This document shows positions 30,392 to 38,585 of a DNA stretch of 64,000 nucleotides, piece by piece. The position numbers and the translations under genes were made by a program. Below the pieces are notes generated by a model. The model was not told the DNA's origin and did not search any database. It saw nothing but the letters and a program-made list of their open reading frames with translations. Numbering within the stretch: position 1 is the stretch's first letter; the number at the start of each line of letters is the position of its first letter. Source of the DNA: an uncultured Gammaproteobacteria bacterium (GTDB lineage Bacteria > Patescibacteriota > Microgenomatia > UBA10105 > UBA927); assembly GCA_964349125.1 (NCBI GenBank), contig CAYGFH010000001.1, forward strand, positions 133,408-197,407, read 5' to 3'.

Positions 30392-32117
30392 GCCCGTATC
30401 CATTTATCTTTTGTGCGTTGTCATTCTCGCATTTGTATTGAGGTTTTGGCACCTGGGCACAAATCCCGTAGGATTTCACCGTGATGAGGCATTTCTAGGA
30501 TACAACGCATACTCCATACTGAAAACAGGTCGTGACATGAGCGGAAATGCATTCCCCGTCCATTTGCAGTCATTTTTCTGGAGTCCTGCCGGATACTCAT
30601 ATGCCAGCATTCCGTTTATTGCAGTATTTGGGCTTAATGAATTTTCCTCGCGGTTCGCGTCGGCGCTATTTGGATCGCTCAGTGTCATTGCCACATTTTT
30701 CCTCGTATCGTTCTTACTTCGTACTGAGATACATCCACGTGATCCCACACAAAAAATCGCCAAGGGTATAGCCTATTCAGACAGCGTTTCTCTCATTGCT
30801 TCATTTGTCATTGCGGTGTCCCCGTGGCACGTAAACGCATCACGTATCGGAATCGAAATTACGCTTGTGGTATTTCTGATAACAGTCGCTTGTGTTTTAT
30901 TTTTCCTGTACATCAGATCAAAGCATATCGCTCTTTTTATCGGCACATTTATCCTGTTTGCACTGTCGTTCACTGTGTATCAGGCGCCGCGGGCTTTTGT
31001 TCCCCTGCTGATACCGCTGCTCTTTTTCCTGTACAGACAGTATGTATCCCGTAAACACCTGCTGTTCGCGGGGCTGTTATATGTCGCGGTAATACTCCTG
31101 CCAATCGGGTATGTCATGACCTCCCCCGTGCTGTCTTTGCGGTTACAATCACTCAGTGTATTTAACTCTCCACAGGCACAACTAAAAATTGATGAAGCGA
31201 TACGGGAAGACGGAATGAACAGGAGGCCGGCAATCGCAGCAAGAGTGCTGCACAATAAAGCCGTCGGATATGCGAATGAAATTCTCAATAATTACGTGTC
31301 GCATTTTTCGTTTGATTTCCTGTTTCGTGACAAAGGATTTCCCACCCGGATGACCATATTCGGATCAGGCAACATGCATATGGTTGAATTACTGTTCCTG
31401 TTGTTGGGTCTCTACATCATCGTTTCACGCAGATCCCGCTATCACATACTTGTCGGACTGTGGATTCTGGCAGCTCCGGTCGGCAGTTCACTGACCTATG
31501 ACGATGTACCCAATATGCAACGTACACTCCTGATCCAGCCGGCTCTCTCCATCGCTGTTTCTTTTGGTATCTGGGAACTAGTCTCCCGCATGCGGGAGAA
31601 AAAATATCTGGCAGTGCCAGTTATGATTTTTGCGTTCATATATGTATTCAATATGGCGCAGTATTTGGATGCCTATTACGTGCATCAGCCTACTCAGGGC
31701 GCGCAGTTTAGAAACGCGGGGTATAAAGAACTGGTCAGTGAAGTGGAGAAAATCAGGAATCAGCATACCCGAGTCGTGGTGACAAATGCGGAGTCAGCTC
31801 CCACGGTATTCTTCCTGTTTTATACTGCATACGATCCATCGCGGTACCAACTTGAGTCAAAGCATACCGACAAAGAAAAGTCCGACAGTATCAACTTCGC
31901 GAACTTTTCGTTTGAAAGTGATGATTGTCCGCTAAACACACGGCTGGGAATGAAAAAAGGTATGCCGTATGAACCACGTCAGCTTTCCGGTACTGATTCT
32001 GCCTCTCTCTATGTACAATTCCGCGACTGTGAAGTAGCATCACGATCATCAGAACTCATCGGCTCTGTACGTCTGCCAAACGGACAGGAAGTATTCCAGA
32101 TTCTAAAAACAAAATGA
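30378..32117 (+). CDS. GT39/GT83-like GT-C glycosyltransferase. Paralog C.
   Basis: FHRDEAFLGYNAYSILKTGRDMSGNAFP and a C-terminal FFLFYTAYDPSRY motif. Confidence 0.75.
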   Translation: MRIHKPVSIYLLCVVILAFVLRFWHLGTNPVGFHRDEAFLGYNAYSILKTGRDMSGNAFPVHLQSFFWSPAGYSYASIPFIAVFGLNEFSSRFASALFGSLSVIATFFLVSFLLRTEIHPRDPTQKIAKGIAYSDSVSLIASFVIAVSPWHVNASRIGIEITLVVFLITVACVLFFLYIRSKHIALFIGTFILFALSFTVYQAPRAFVPLLIPLLFFLYRQYVSRKHLLFAGLLYVAVILLPIGYVMTSPVLSLRLQSLSVFNSPQAQLKIDEAIREDGMNRRPAIAARVLHNKAVGYANEILNNYVSHFSFDFLFRDKGFPTRMTIFGSGNMHMVELLFLLLGLYIIVSRRSRYHILVGLWILAAPVGSSLTYDDVPNMQRTLLIQPALSIAVSFGIWELVSRMREKKYLAVPVMIFAFIYVFNMAQYLDAYYVHQPTQGAQFRNAGYKELVSEVEKIRNQHTRVVVTNAESAPTVFFLFYTAYDPSRYQLESKHTDKEKSDSINFANFSFESDDCPLNTRLGMKKGMPYEPRQLSGTDSASLYVQFRDCEVASRSSELIGSVRLPNGQEVFQILKTK

Positions 32118-33832
32118 AACTTTTTTTCCTAAAACATATGCGGATTATTGGGATACTGCTTCTGGCTATCGTGCTCCGGTTTGCGCTGCTGGGAGGCATA
32201 CCGACTGCCATAACGGGAGATGAACTTATTTATCCCACAACTGCAAAAGCAATATTTCTAACCGGTAGGGATATAACGGGAACATGGAATCCTCTTTCCA
32301 TACTGGCGTTCCGATATCCTCCGGGAGAACTGCAGGCAGAACTCCCGTATGCCATCCATCTACTGTTTAATTCATTTTTACCATTCACTCTTCTCTCCTA
32401 CAGACTGCCGTTTGCACTTATGAGTGTCGGAGTCGTATGGGTGCTATATCTGATTGCCAAAAAACTGTTTAATGAAAAAGCGGCGGTTGTGACCGGGTTT
32501 CTGGCAGCGATAAATCCCTGGTTTATCGTGATGGGCAGAACAGGATATGAAACCACACCTGCCACACTCTTTTATTTGCTGGGGCTCTATACTGTGCTGG
32601 TGGCCAAAGGCAAACAACTGCTCTTTGCTATCCCCCTGTTTATGCTGGGATTTTATTCGTACATCGGGACAAAAATTCTCTTTATTCCGTTTATAGCTCT
32701 TTCACTTGTCCTTGCCCGCCTGATGAACAAAAAAACAGAAACGAAATACGTATGGTATATAGCGATAGCATCGGTTGCATTTGTTGTGTTTTTTGTGAGC
32801 CAAATGATTACATCAGGGCAGTCACGAATATCTGACATCGTGTTACCGACATCTCCTGCGTTTGCTCAGAAAGTAGACAGTATCAGAAAAATTTCCATAC
32901 CGACTCCCCTGTTACCTCTCATGGTAAACAAGTACACCATGTTTGCTGAGCATAGCGTGCAGAAATTGTTCCGGGTGTTTTCCGCATCTTACCTGTTTTC
33001 TGATGGTGATAATTTTTTCCTGCAGGCCAGACACAGTTTCTTCTATCCGGTGGACAGTGTGGTTGTGATACTGGGATTGGCCGCATTATTTTCGTACAGT
33101 CACAGCCTGTTTTTACTTATCAGTATGTTCATACTGCTGGGAGCAGTACCTCATGTGATACACCGGACACAAACTGATTTTTCCGCACATGTCGCACTCA
33201 TGTTTCCGTTTATTATTCTCACTCTCGGATTTGGCATTTCGCACCTGGGGGATTCACTCTCACACTCGGCAAAGAAACTGTTCACACTGTGCTTCCTGTC
33301 AATATACGCGGTAAGCCTCGGAAATTTTGTCCTCGTCTATTTCTATCAGCTCCCGATGCAGGGCGCGGGAGATTTCCAGATGCGGACACTGTCAAAATAC
33401 CTGAAAATTGCAGCGGGGGAAAAACCCGTTATTGTGTATTCCACACAGGGCGCCGACATATTTAAAAAGTATCTCCTGTACACTAATAGCATTACTACTG
33501 AGAGCCTTGCCGAACTTAAAAAACCTGTGAAACCCAATGCCCCCATAACGTTTAACGGTATTACGTTTACCTCATGTGATAACTCTGTGGATGTAACGGC
33601 TCCGGGTGCTGTACATATAGTCAGTAACTTATGCGGGTTCCCTACGAGAAATACAGATACACATACTAAACTCTCAAGACTCTCTGACGGCGGAACGATA
33701 TTTGATATTTACAACAATGAAGTCTGTAAAAGAGATACCCTATTCACGTACCCGCAGGGAATTACGCTGTCTGATTTTGCGATCGAATCGATGACCCCGG
33801 ATGAATTTTGTACCACCTTCGTGAGTAAGTAA
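32114..33832 (+). CDS. GT39/GT83-like GT-C glycosyltransferase. Divergent paralog D.
   Basis: ITGDELIYPTTAKAIFLTGRDITGTWNP. 572 aa with many TM segments. Confidence 0.7.
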   Translation: MKLFFLKHMRIIGILLLAIVLRFALLGGIPTAITGDELIYPTTAKAIFLTGRDITGTWNPLSILAFRYPPGELQAELPYAIHLLFNSFLPFTLLSYRLPFALMSVGVVWVLYLIAKKLFNEKAAVVTGFLAAINPWFIVMGRTGYETTPATLFYLLGLYTVLVAKGKQLLFAIPLFMLGFYSYIGTKILFIPFIALSLVLARLMNKKTETKYVWYIAIASVAFVVFFVSQMITSGQSRISDIVLPTSPAFAQKVDSIRKISIPTPLLPLMVNKYTMFAEHSVQKLFRVFSASYLFSDGDNFFLQARHSFFYPVDSVVVILGLAALFSYSHSLFLLISMFILLGAVPHVIHRTQTDFSAHVALMFPFIILTLGFGISHLGDSLSHSAKKLFTLCFLSIYAVSLGNFVLVYFYQLPMQGAGDFQMRTLSKYLKIAAGEKPVIVYSTQGADIFKKYLLYTNSITTESLAELKKPVKPNAPITFNGITFTSCDNSVDVTAPGAVHIVSNLCGFPTRNTDTHTKLSRLSDGGTIFDIYNNEVCKRDTLFTYPQGITLSDFAIESMTPDEFCTTFVSK

Positions 33833-33855
33833 TCTATCCGTATAGATTTAAGAAT

Positions 33856-33925
33856 TTAGGTTTGTAATTTGAGTTTTGGAACTTGGGATTTGTGATTTGG
33901 GATTTGTGATTTGGGATTTGTGATT
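33856..33925. repeat. Tandem 14-bp repeat (TGGGATTTGTGATT). There are three perfect copies at 33884-33925, preceded by two degenerate copies.
   Basis: Read directly from the sequence. It lies in the 102-bp gap between convergent genes ending at 33832 and 33935. Confidence 0.7.
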
Positions 33926-33934
33926 TGCTCTCTG

Positions 33935-35605
33935 TTACTTCCTCGGGGATTCAAATACAAAAATTGATGGCTTTCCGCTTAGGAAATGGAATGATCTGAT
34001 AAAGTCCTTCCGGTTGGAAAAATCATCAGCATTCCCAACCAATAGCTGGTTAGGAACAGCGAAGTCCCTTGCCTGATCTATCTGGCGAAATTCGTACGTA
34101 TCATACCGGTTATCCTCCGATTCCCAACTGCCGGACTTAGTCCCGCCCTGGGAGAGGTACGCTGCGGGATCATATTTGGTATAGTACAGCATGAATGCGT
34201 GCGGCCACTGCAGTCTGGTGGACACGATAATTTTGTCGTAGTTCCCTTTCACCCGCTCCAGATACTCTGCCATTTCGCTGTAGGAATACTGCCAGTGTTG
34301 TGACCTCTCAGCAGGAATATGAACTGTATACTGGTGGAAAAACAAAAACCCCTCCGCACATATCCATATACCCATTGCCGTAAGTAGGAGGAATCTCCCT
34401 ATCGTCATGGCGTTCTTTTTAATCTGATCGATAAAACCGAAAAGTCCGAGTGCCCCAAGCAGTGATAATCCGATAGAAAGACCTACTGTCCTGATGGCGT
34501 GCGGGGAATCCCATGTGACGGATGCCGGAATTGGCGGAATCAGAATCCAGGCGAGTACCGCCGCAATCACGGCTTTTCTCTGGGATACAAACAGCAGGTA
34601 GAATCCAAATATCAGACAGGGGATGAGCCAGAAATACGCCAACCCGCTGTAAATGGAGCTCTCCTGTTTGTGTCCGATCCCGAACAGCAAAAAGTCTGTG
34701 GAAAAGTGAGACAGGTATGCACGCGTGATAATCCGTGATGCGGGATGCACTATCCAGTCATGGATTACGCGTCTGGGTTTATCTATGCCAAGCGTTCCGT
34801 CATACGCCATTTCCCTTTCATTAATCTCCAACAGTTCACTTTTGTGTGAAAAGAAATTTGTCCCCGTAAACCGGATCTGGGCAGTGGGAGACGTGAGATC
34901 ACGAACCAAAAATACAGCAACGAATATCCCGGGCAGCAGGACATACCAAAGTTTTTTCTCACTCCACAGCTGTTTGGCATAGACGATAAACAGAGTCAGT
35001 CCGACGAGCGGCGCGATCGCGCGGAAGCTTAAATAGGTATATGACGCAACGCCGAAAAGTAATACAGAGAGAGCCAGCTTTCCTCCCTTTCCTGATACGC
35101 CCTTGAGAAACAGAAGCATAGCAAGGACGGTTATACTCATGGCGACATTTGCCTCTGATGCCATGCGGGAGAACATAATGTTCCAAGGCAGTACTGCAGT
35201 AATACCGGCCGCTAACAGACCTAACTCTTTACGCCTGAACAGTTCTGTGGCGAGTGCATACATGAGATAGATGAGAAGAACTCCAAAGAACACGGAAGGC
35301 AGACGGACGGCTGTGTCCGTATACCCGAACAGTTTTATGGATGCCACGGTCATGTACACATAGACCGGCATTTTATAATCATCCAGCGACCGGAAGTAGA
35401 GCGGGAACCGTTCCCCGAATTCATCTTTACCGGTTTTCAGAATCGAGTACGCGTTGTACCCAATGGAGACCTCATCCCAGTTAAGTGATGGCGGGTTTGA
35501 CGAAAACTGATAGACACGAAAAAAAATGCCGACTAACAGGATAAAAACTAGGAGAAAATTTGCCTTAAACAGGCGCATCAGCGATTGTCTGACCAGACGC
35601 TTCAT
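33935..35605 (-). CDS. GT39/GT83-like GT-C glycosyltransferase. Paralog E.
   Basis: NWDEVSIGYNAYSILKTGKDEFGERFP...VRLPSVFFG, and C-terminal HWQYSYSE...MLYYTKYDPAAY. Confidence 0.8.
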   Translation of the reverse strand: MKRLVRQSLMRLFKANFLLVFILLVGIFFRVYQFSSNPPSLNWDEVSIGYNAYSILKTGKDEFGERFPLYFRSLDDYKMPVYVYMTVASIKLFGYTDTAVRLPSVFFGVLLIYLMYALATELFRRKELGLLAAGITAVLPWNIMFSRMASEANVAMSITVLAMLLFLKGVSGKGGKLALSVLLFGVASYTYLSFRAIAPLVGLTLFIVYAKQLWSEKKLWYVLLPGIFVAVFLVRDLTSPTAQIRFTGTNFFSHKSELLEINEREMAYDGTLGIDKPRRVIHDWIVHPASRIITRAYLSHFSTDFLLFGIGHKQESSIYSGLAYFWLIPCLIFGFYLLFVSQRKAVIAAVLAWILIPPIPASVTWDSPHAIRTVGLSIGLSLLGALGLFGFIDQIKKNAMTIGRFLLLTAMGIWICAEGFLFFHQYTVHIPAERSQHWQYSYSEMAEYLERVKGNYDKIIVSTRLQWPHAFMLYYTKYDPAAYLSQGGTKSGSWESEDNRYDTYEFRQIDQARDFAVPNQLLVGNADDFSNRKDFIRSFHFLSGKPSIFVFESPRK

Positions 35606-35612
35606 ATAAAAA

Positions 35613-36539
35613 TTAGTTCTGTATATCTAACTCTGCATCATGCCGCTTCCACATACTCGACTGTACCATTCTCTTTGAGAGAACGGAAGGGAGTCTTGTA
35701 AGGGCGGCTATGTATCCCTGAACCATAAGGGTATCTCCGTGCAAAGCAGCTTGGAGAAGCCGTATCGGTGCCCAGAAACTGTGCGCCACAAGTATGGATA
35801 CATCGGAAACATTTTTCCAGATAAAAATAAACTGGTTGCGGTACACGATCCGCTTCACATCTGTCGGGGTAAATTCCCGCTTAATCTTTCCCTCCTCGTG
35901 GTAGTGGTTCACGATACTCTTGGGCTCAAATACGATGTCCCAGCCGGCTTTCCGTGCACGGTAGGAGAGGTCAATGTCCTCCCAGTAAAACGGATTGTAC
36001 AGCACATCCATCCCGCCAAGCTTGTTCCACATATCCCGTCTGAATGCACCGCTGCCGCCGGACACCCATGCGGTGGTCGTGCCGTCCACTTCCCCTTTGC
36101 TGTGGACAAAAAATCCTTTGGTCCAACGGGCAAGTCCCCGTCCGCGAAGTACCACCCCTGTGGCTTCCGGGCTTTTCTCCAGACAGCCGACTGCAAATAT
36201 ATTTGGGTTATCAAAATGGGTAAGCAGAGGCTTTAAAAATCCTTTTTCAGGCTCGACATCGGTGTTTAAAAGTATCACGACATCCCCTGTTGCAGAGCGT
36301 ACCCCTGCATTTACATTTGCCGCAAATCCTTCGCGCTTGGAGCGCTCAACCACCACAACTTTGGGGAAGTTTTTGTGCAGGTAATCGACAGACCCGTCCG
36401 TGGACATATCATCGGCAACGACTATTTCGGCACCGGTTGCATTATCTATGACCTTTTGCAGGTGCTTTTCCATGAGGTACACACCGTTCCAGTTGGGAAT
36501 TACTATAGAGACGGAGTGGGATGCTTTTGCCTTCTTCAT
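35613..36539 (-). CDS. Family 2 glycosyltransferase.
   Basis: VSIVIPNWNGVYL...VVADDMSTDGS...LLNTDV. I prefer the ATG at 36539 (MKKAKASHS...). The ORF track extends to 36638. Confidence 0.8.
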   Translation of the reverse strand: MKKAKASHSVSIVIPNWNGVYLMEKHLQKVIDNATGAEIVVADDMSTDGSVDYLHKNFPKVVVVERSKREGFAANVNAGVRSATGDVVILLNTDVEPEKGFLKPLLTHFDNPNIFAVGCLEKSPEATGVVLRGRGLARWTKGFFVHSKGEVDGTTTAWVSGGSGAFRRDMWNKLGGMDVLYNPFYWEDIDLSYRARKAGWDIVFEPKSIVNHYHEEGKIKREFTPTDVKRIVYRNQFIFIWKNVSDVSILVAHSFWAPIRLLQAALHGDTLMVQGYIAALTRLPSVLSKRMVQSSMWKRHDAELDIQN

Positions 36540-36631
36540 ATCCACATTATACCCCACATATATGCGTATGAGGCAAGAGAGGCAAAAGGGACCCGCACAC
36601 CGCAAACGAAAATACGGTAAAATACGGGAGT
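36540..36631. promoter_or_regulatory. Divergent intergenic region. It contains TAAAAT followed by GGGAG immediately before the ATG at 36632.
   Basis: The sequence is ggtaaaatacgggagtATG. The SD-to-start spacing is very short, at 1 nt. Confidence 0.3.
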
Positions 36632-37966
36632 ATGGCAAAGAAAAAAATCATAAAGACCACCGATGAAGCCGAGAGTACACCCTCAAAACCTGTGAACGTT
36701 TGGCCAATAGTCACCCTTGCCCTGATATTTCTCGCACACCTGTTTTTCCGTTTCTACAACCTCGAGAACTGGGCATCGTTTAACTGGGATCAGGTGGACA
36801 ACGCGTGGGCAGCTGCAAAAATTCTGATCGCTCATAAATATCCGCTTGTCGGCATGGTCGCCAAACAAAACAGCGGCATGTACATAGGCCCACTGTACTA
36901 TTATCTCGTGGCATTTGTGTACAAACTTACCGATATGCACCCGATTGCGGCACCGATTCTTGCCGCGATGACATCTCTGTTTAGTTTCGCAGTAGTATAT
37001 TCAGTCACAAGAAAGCTTTTTTCCCCATGGGTCGGTGTGTGGGCAACGTTTATCTATACATTTTCCGCATATATTACAGGGGCCGAGAGGTCGCAGTGGC
37101 CTGTGAATTTCCTTCCCGCTTTTTCCCTGCTCATCTTATACAACCTGTATAAACTTTTGACCGATCATCCGAAATACAGTATCTACCTTGCAATTGTCAT
37201 GGGATTATTTTTCCATATCCACTTTACCGCAATTTTTTATCCGATGATTGTTCTTTGTACGCTGCCGTTTTTGAAATGGGATCGCGTACATCTGAAGTAT
37301 TACGCATTTTCCGTTGTAATATTTCTCCTCTTTTTTATCCCCCAGATTGTGTACTATACGCAGGCATCACATGCAAAAAGTATTAATAACTATTCCGGGT
37401 ATTTCAATACGTACTATCACGGATTCCACGCCCGACGGGTTCTACAACTCGCTCCGGATGCATTTATAAAATTCCAATCGATCATGCAAGTGCCGTATGA
37501 AAGATTAAAGCTTTTAATGTTTTTATATGTGCCAATGTTTTTTCTCGCACTCTTATGGAAGGATAAATCAAAAAAAACTTTGCTTCTGTGCTTTGTGACG
37601 GCACTCTGGTTTGTGATACCGTGGTTTGTATTTTCGACTTACAAAGGTGAACTCACTGATTATTACTTTTCATCTACCCTTTATGTGGCAATTATGATCC
37701 TTGCATGGCTAAGCCATGCACTTTGGATGAGAAAAATGATCGTTTTGCGTGTAGCACTACTGGCATTTTGGGGGTACTTTGCAGTGGCAAACTATTATCA
37801 GTTTATGGGAAGCGATAACAAACAGGAATTCCGTAAAAATTTCATCAGCGCTCTGGAAGCTGCCGACGGCGATCGCTACTATAACTATGCTGACGGCGAT
37901 CCGAAGTCATACATGTACTACTACCACATGTATGAACTCAAAAAAGAATTGCCGTATAAGCTTTAA
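36632..37966 (+). CDS. ArnT/PMT_2-like polytopic membrane glycosyltransferase candidate (DxGRD subfamily).
   Basis: NWDQVDNAWAAAKILIAHKYPLVGMVAKQNSGMYIGPLYYYLVAFVYKL. Paralogous to 21279 and 55703. Confidence 0.7.
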   Translation: MAKKKIIKTTDEAESTPSKPVNVWPIVTLALIFLAHLFFRFYNLENWASFNWDQVDNAWAAAKILIAHKYPLVGMVAKQNSGMYIGPLYYYLVAFVYKLTDMHPIAAPILAAMTSLFSFAVVYSVTRKLFSPWVGVWATFIYTFSAYITGAERSQWPVNFLPAFSLLILYNLYKLLTDHPKYSIYLAIVMGLFFHIHFTAIFYPMIVLCTLPFLKWDRVHLKYYAFSVVIFLLFFIPQIVYYTQASHAKSINNYSGYFNTYYHGFHARRVLQLAPDAFIKFQSIMQVPYERLKLLMFLYVPMFFLALLWKDKSKKTLLLCFVTALWFVIPWFVFSTYKGELTDYYFSSTLYVAIMILAWLSHALWMRKMIVLRVALLAFWGYFAVANYYQFMGSDNKQEFRKNFISALEAADGDRYYNYADGDPKSYMYYYHMYELKKELPYKL

Positions 37967-38442
37967 AATCGTTCAATTCCTTTATGCCCCACAGGCGTTA
38001 ATACTTTTTCTCCACGCAGCTCAATATCATTTTGACTAACATACCCCAATTTCATTTGCTCTACTATCCATTCTTTATCATATCGAATATCATTTGTTGA
38101 AAAGTAAAAATCAACACCCAAAGCTAATACATGTTTAGTTCCATGTGGATATTCGCCACTTCCAATGCCTATACGAATTAATGGATTGATTTCATGCAAT
38201 TTTGCGACAATTATATCCGATAGGCCATCCCCTTCTCCTGAGTATTGTCCAAGATCCTTATGAAGGATCACAGATTCGATTTGTCTAATAGCAGGAGAAT
38301 CAATAAATCTCATCGCTGTCGAAAACAACGTAAAATATTTTGTTGCAATTCCCATATGAGTGAAGGATTCTGAGAATGCTTCTGCGAAACCTCCACCAAC
38401 GTCATGAATAAATAATGCTTTTGGATTTTTAACGTTGCCCAT
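37963..38442 (-). CDS. Hypothetical soluble protein, 159 aa.
   Basis: Intact ORF of a size typical of a small enzyme. Motifs HDVGGGFAEAF and IGIGSGEYPHGTKH are not assignable by eye. Its stop overlaps the stop of the convergent gene (TTAA). Confidence 0.5.
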   Translation of the reverse strand: MGNVKNPKALFIHDVGGGFAEAFSESFTHMGIATKYFTLFSTAMRFIDSPAIRQIESVILHKDLGQYSGEGDGLSDIIVAKLHEINPLIRIGIGSGEYPHGTKHVLALGVDFYFSTNDIRYDKEWIVEQMKLGYVSQNDIELRGEKVLTPVGHKGIERF

Positions 38443-38585
38443 ACTTAAATTTGCAAACGAAGCGCAACATATTCAGAGTATAATCTCTATGTTACACAAA
38501 TTATACCTTCACCATCAATACAAAAATAATGTCAAACAAGCATTGCCTTAAGCTATAAATTACAGTGTCATCCCAACATGAGTGA

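Noticed and set aside
37963-38442. The 159-aa protein might be a 6-pyruvoyl-tetrahydropterin synthase-like enzyme. The idea was prompted by the PTPS-related name of the neighbouring membrane family.
   Set aside because: It has no CxxxHGH or zinc-binding His triad pattern typical of PTPS/QueD. The PTPS-related name of PF10131 does not imply pterin chemistry. Left as hypothetical.
38500-38535. Perfect TTGACA and TATAAT hexamers on the minus strand upstream of the 159-aa gene.
   Set aside because: The spacing is 24 nt, not 16-18, so I do not call it a canonical sigma70 promoter. It is mentioned only as an AT-rich promoter-like region.
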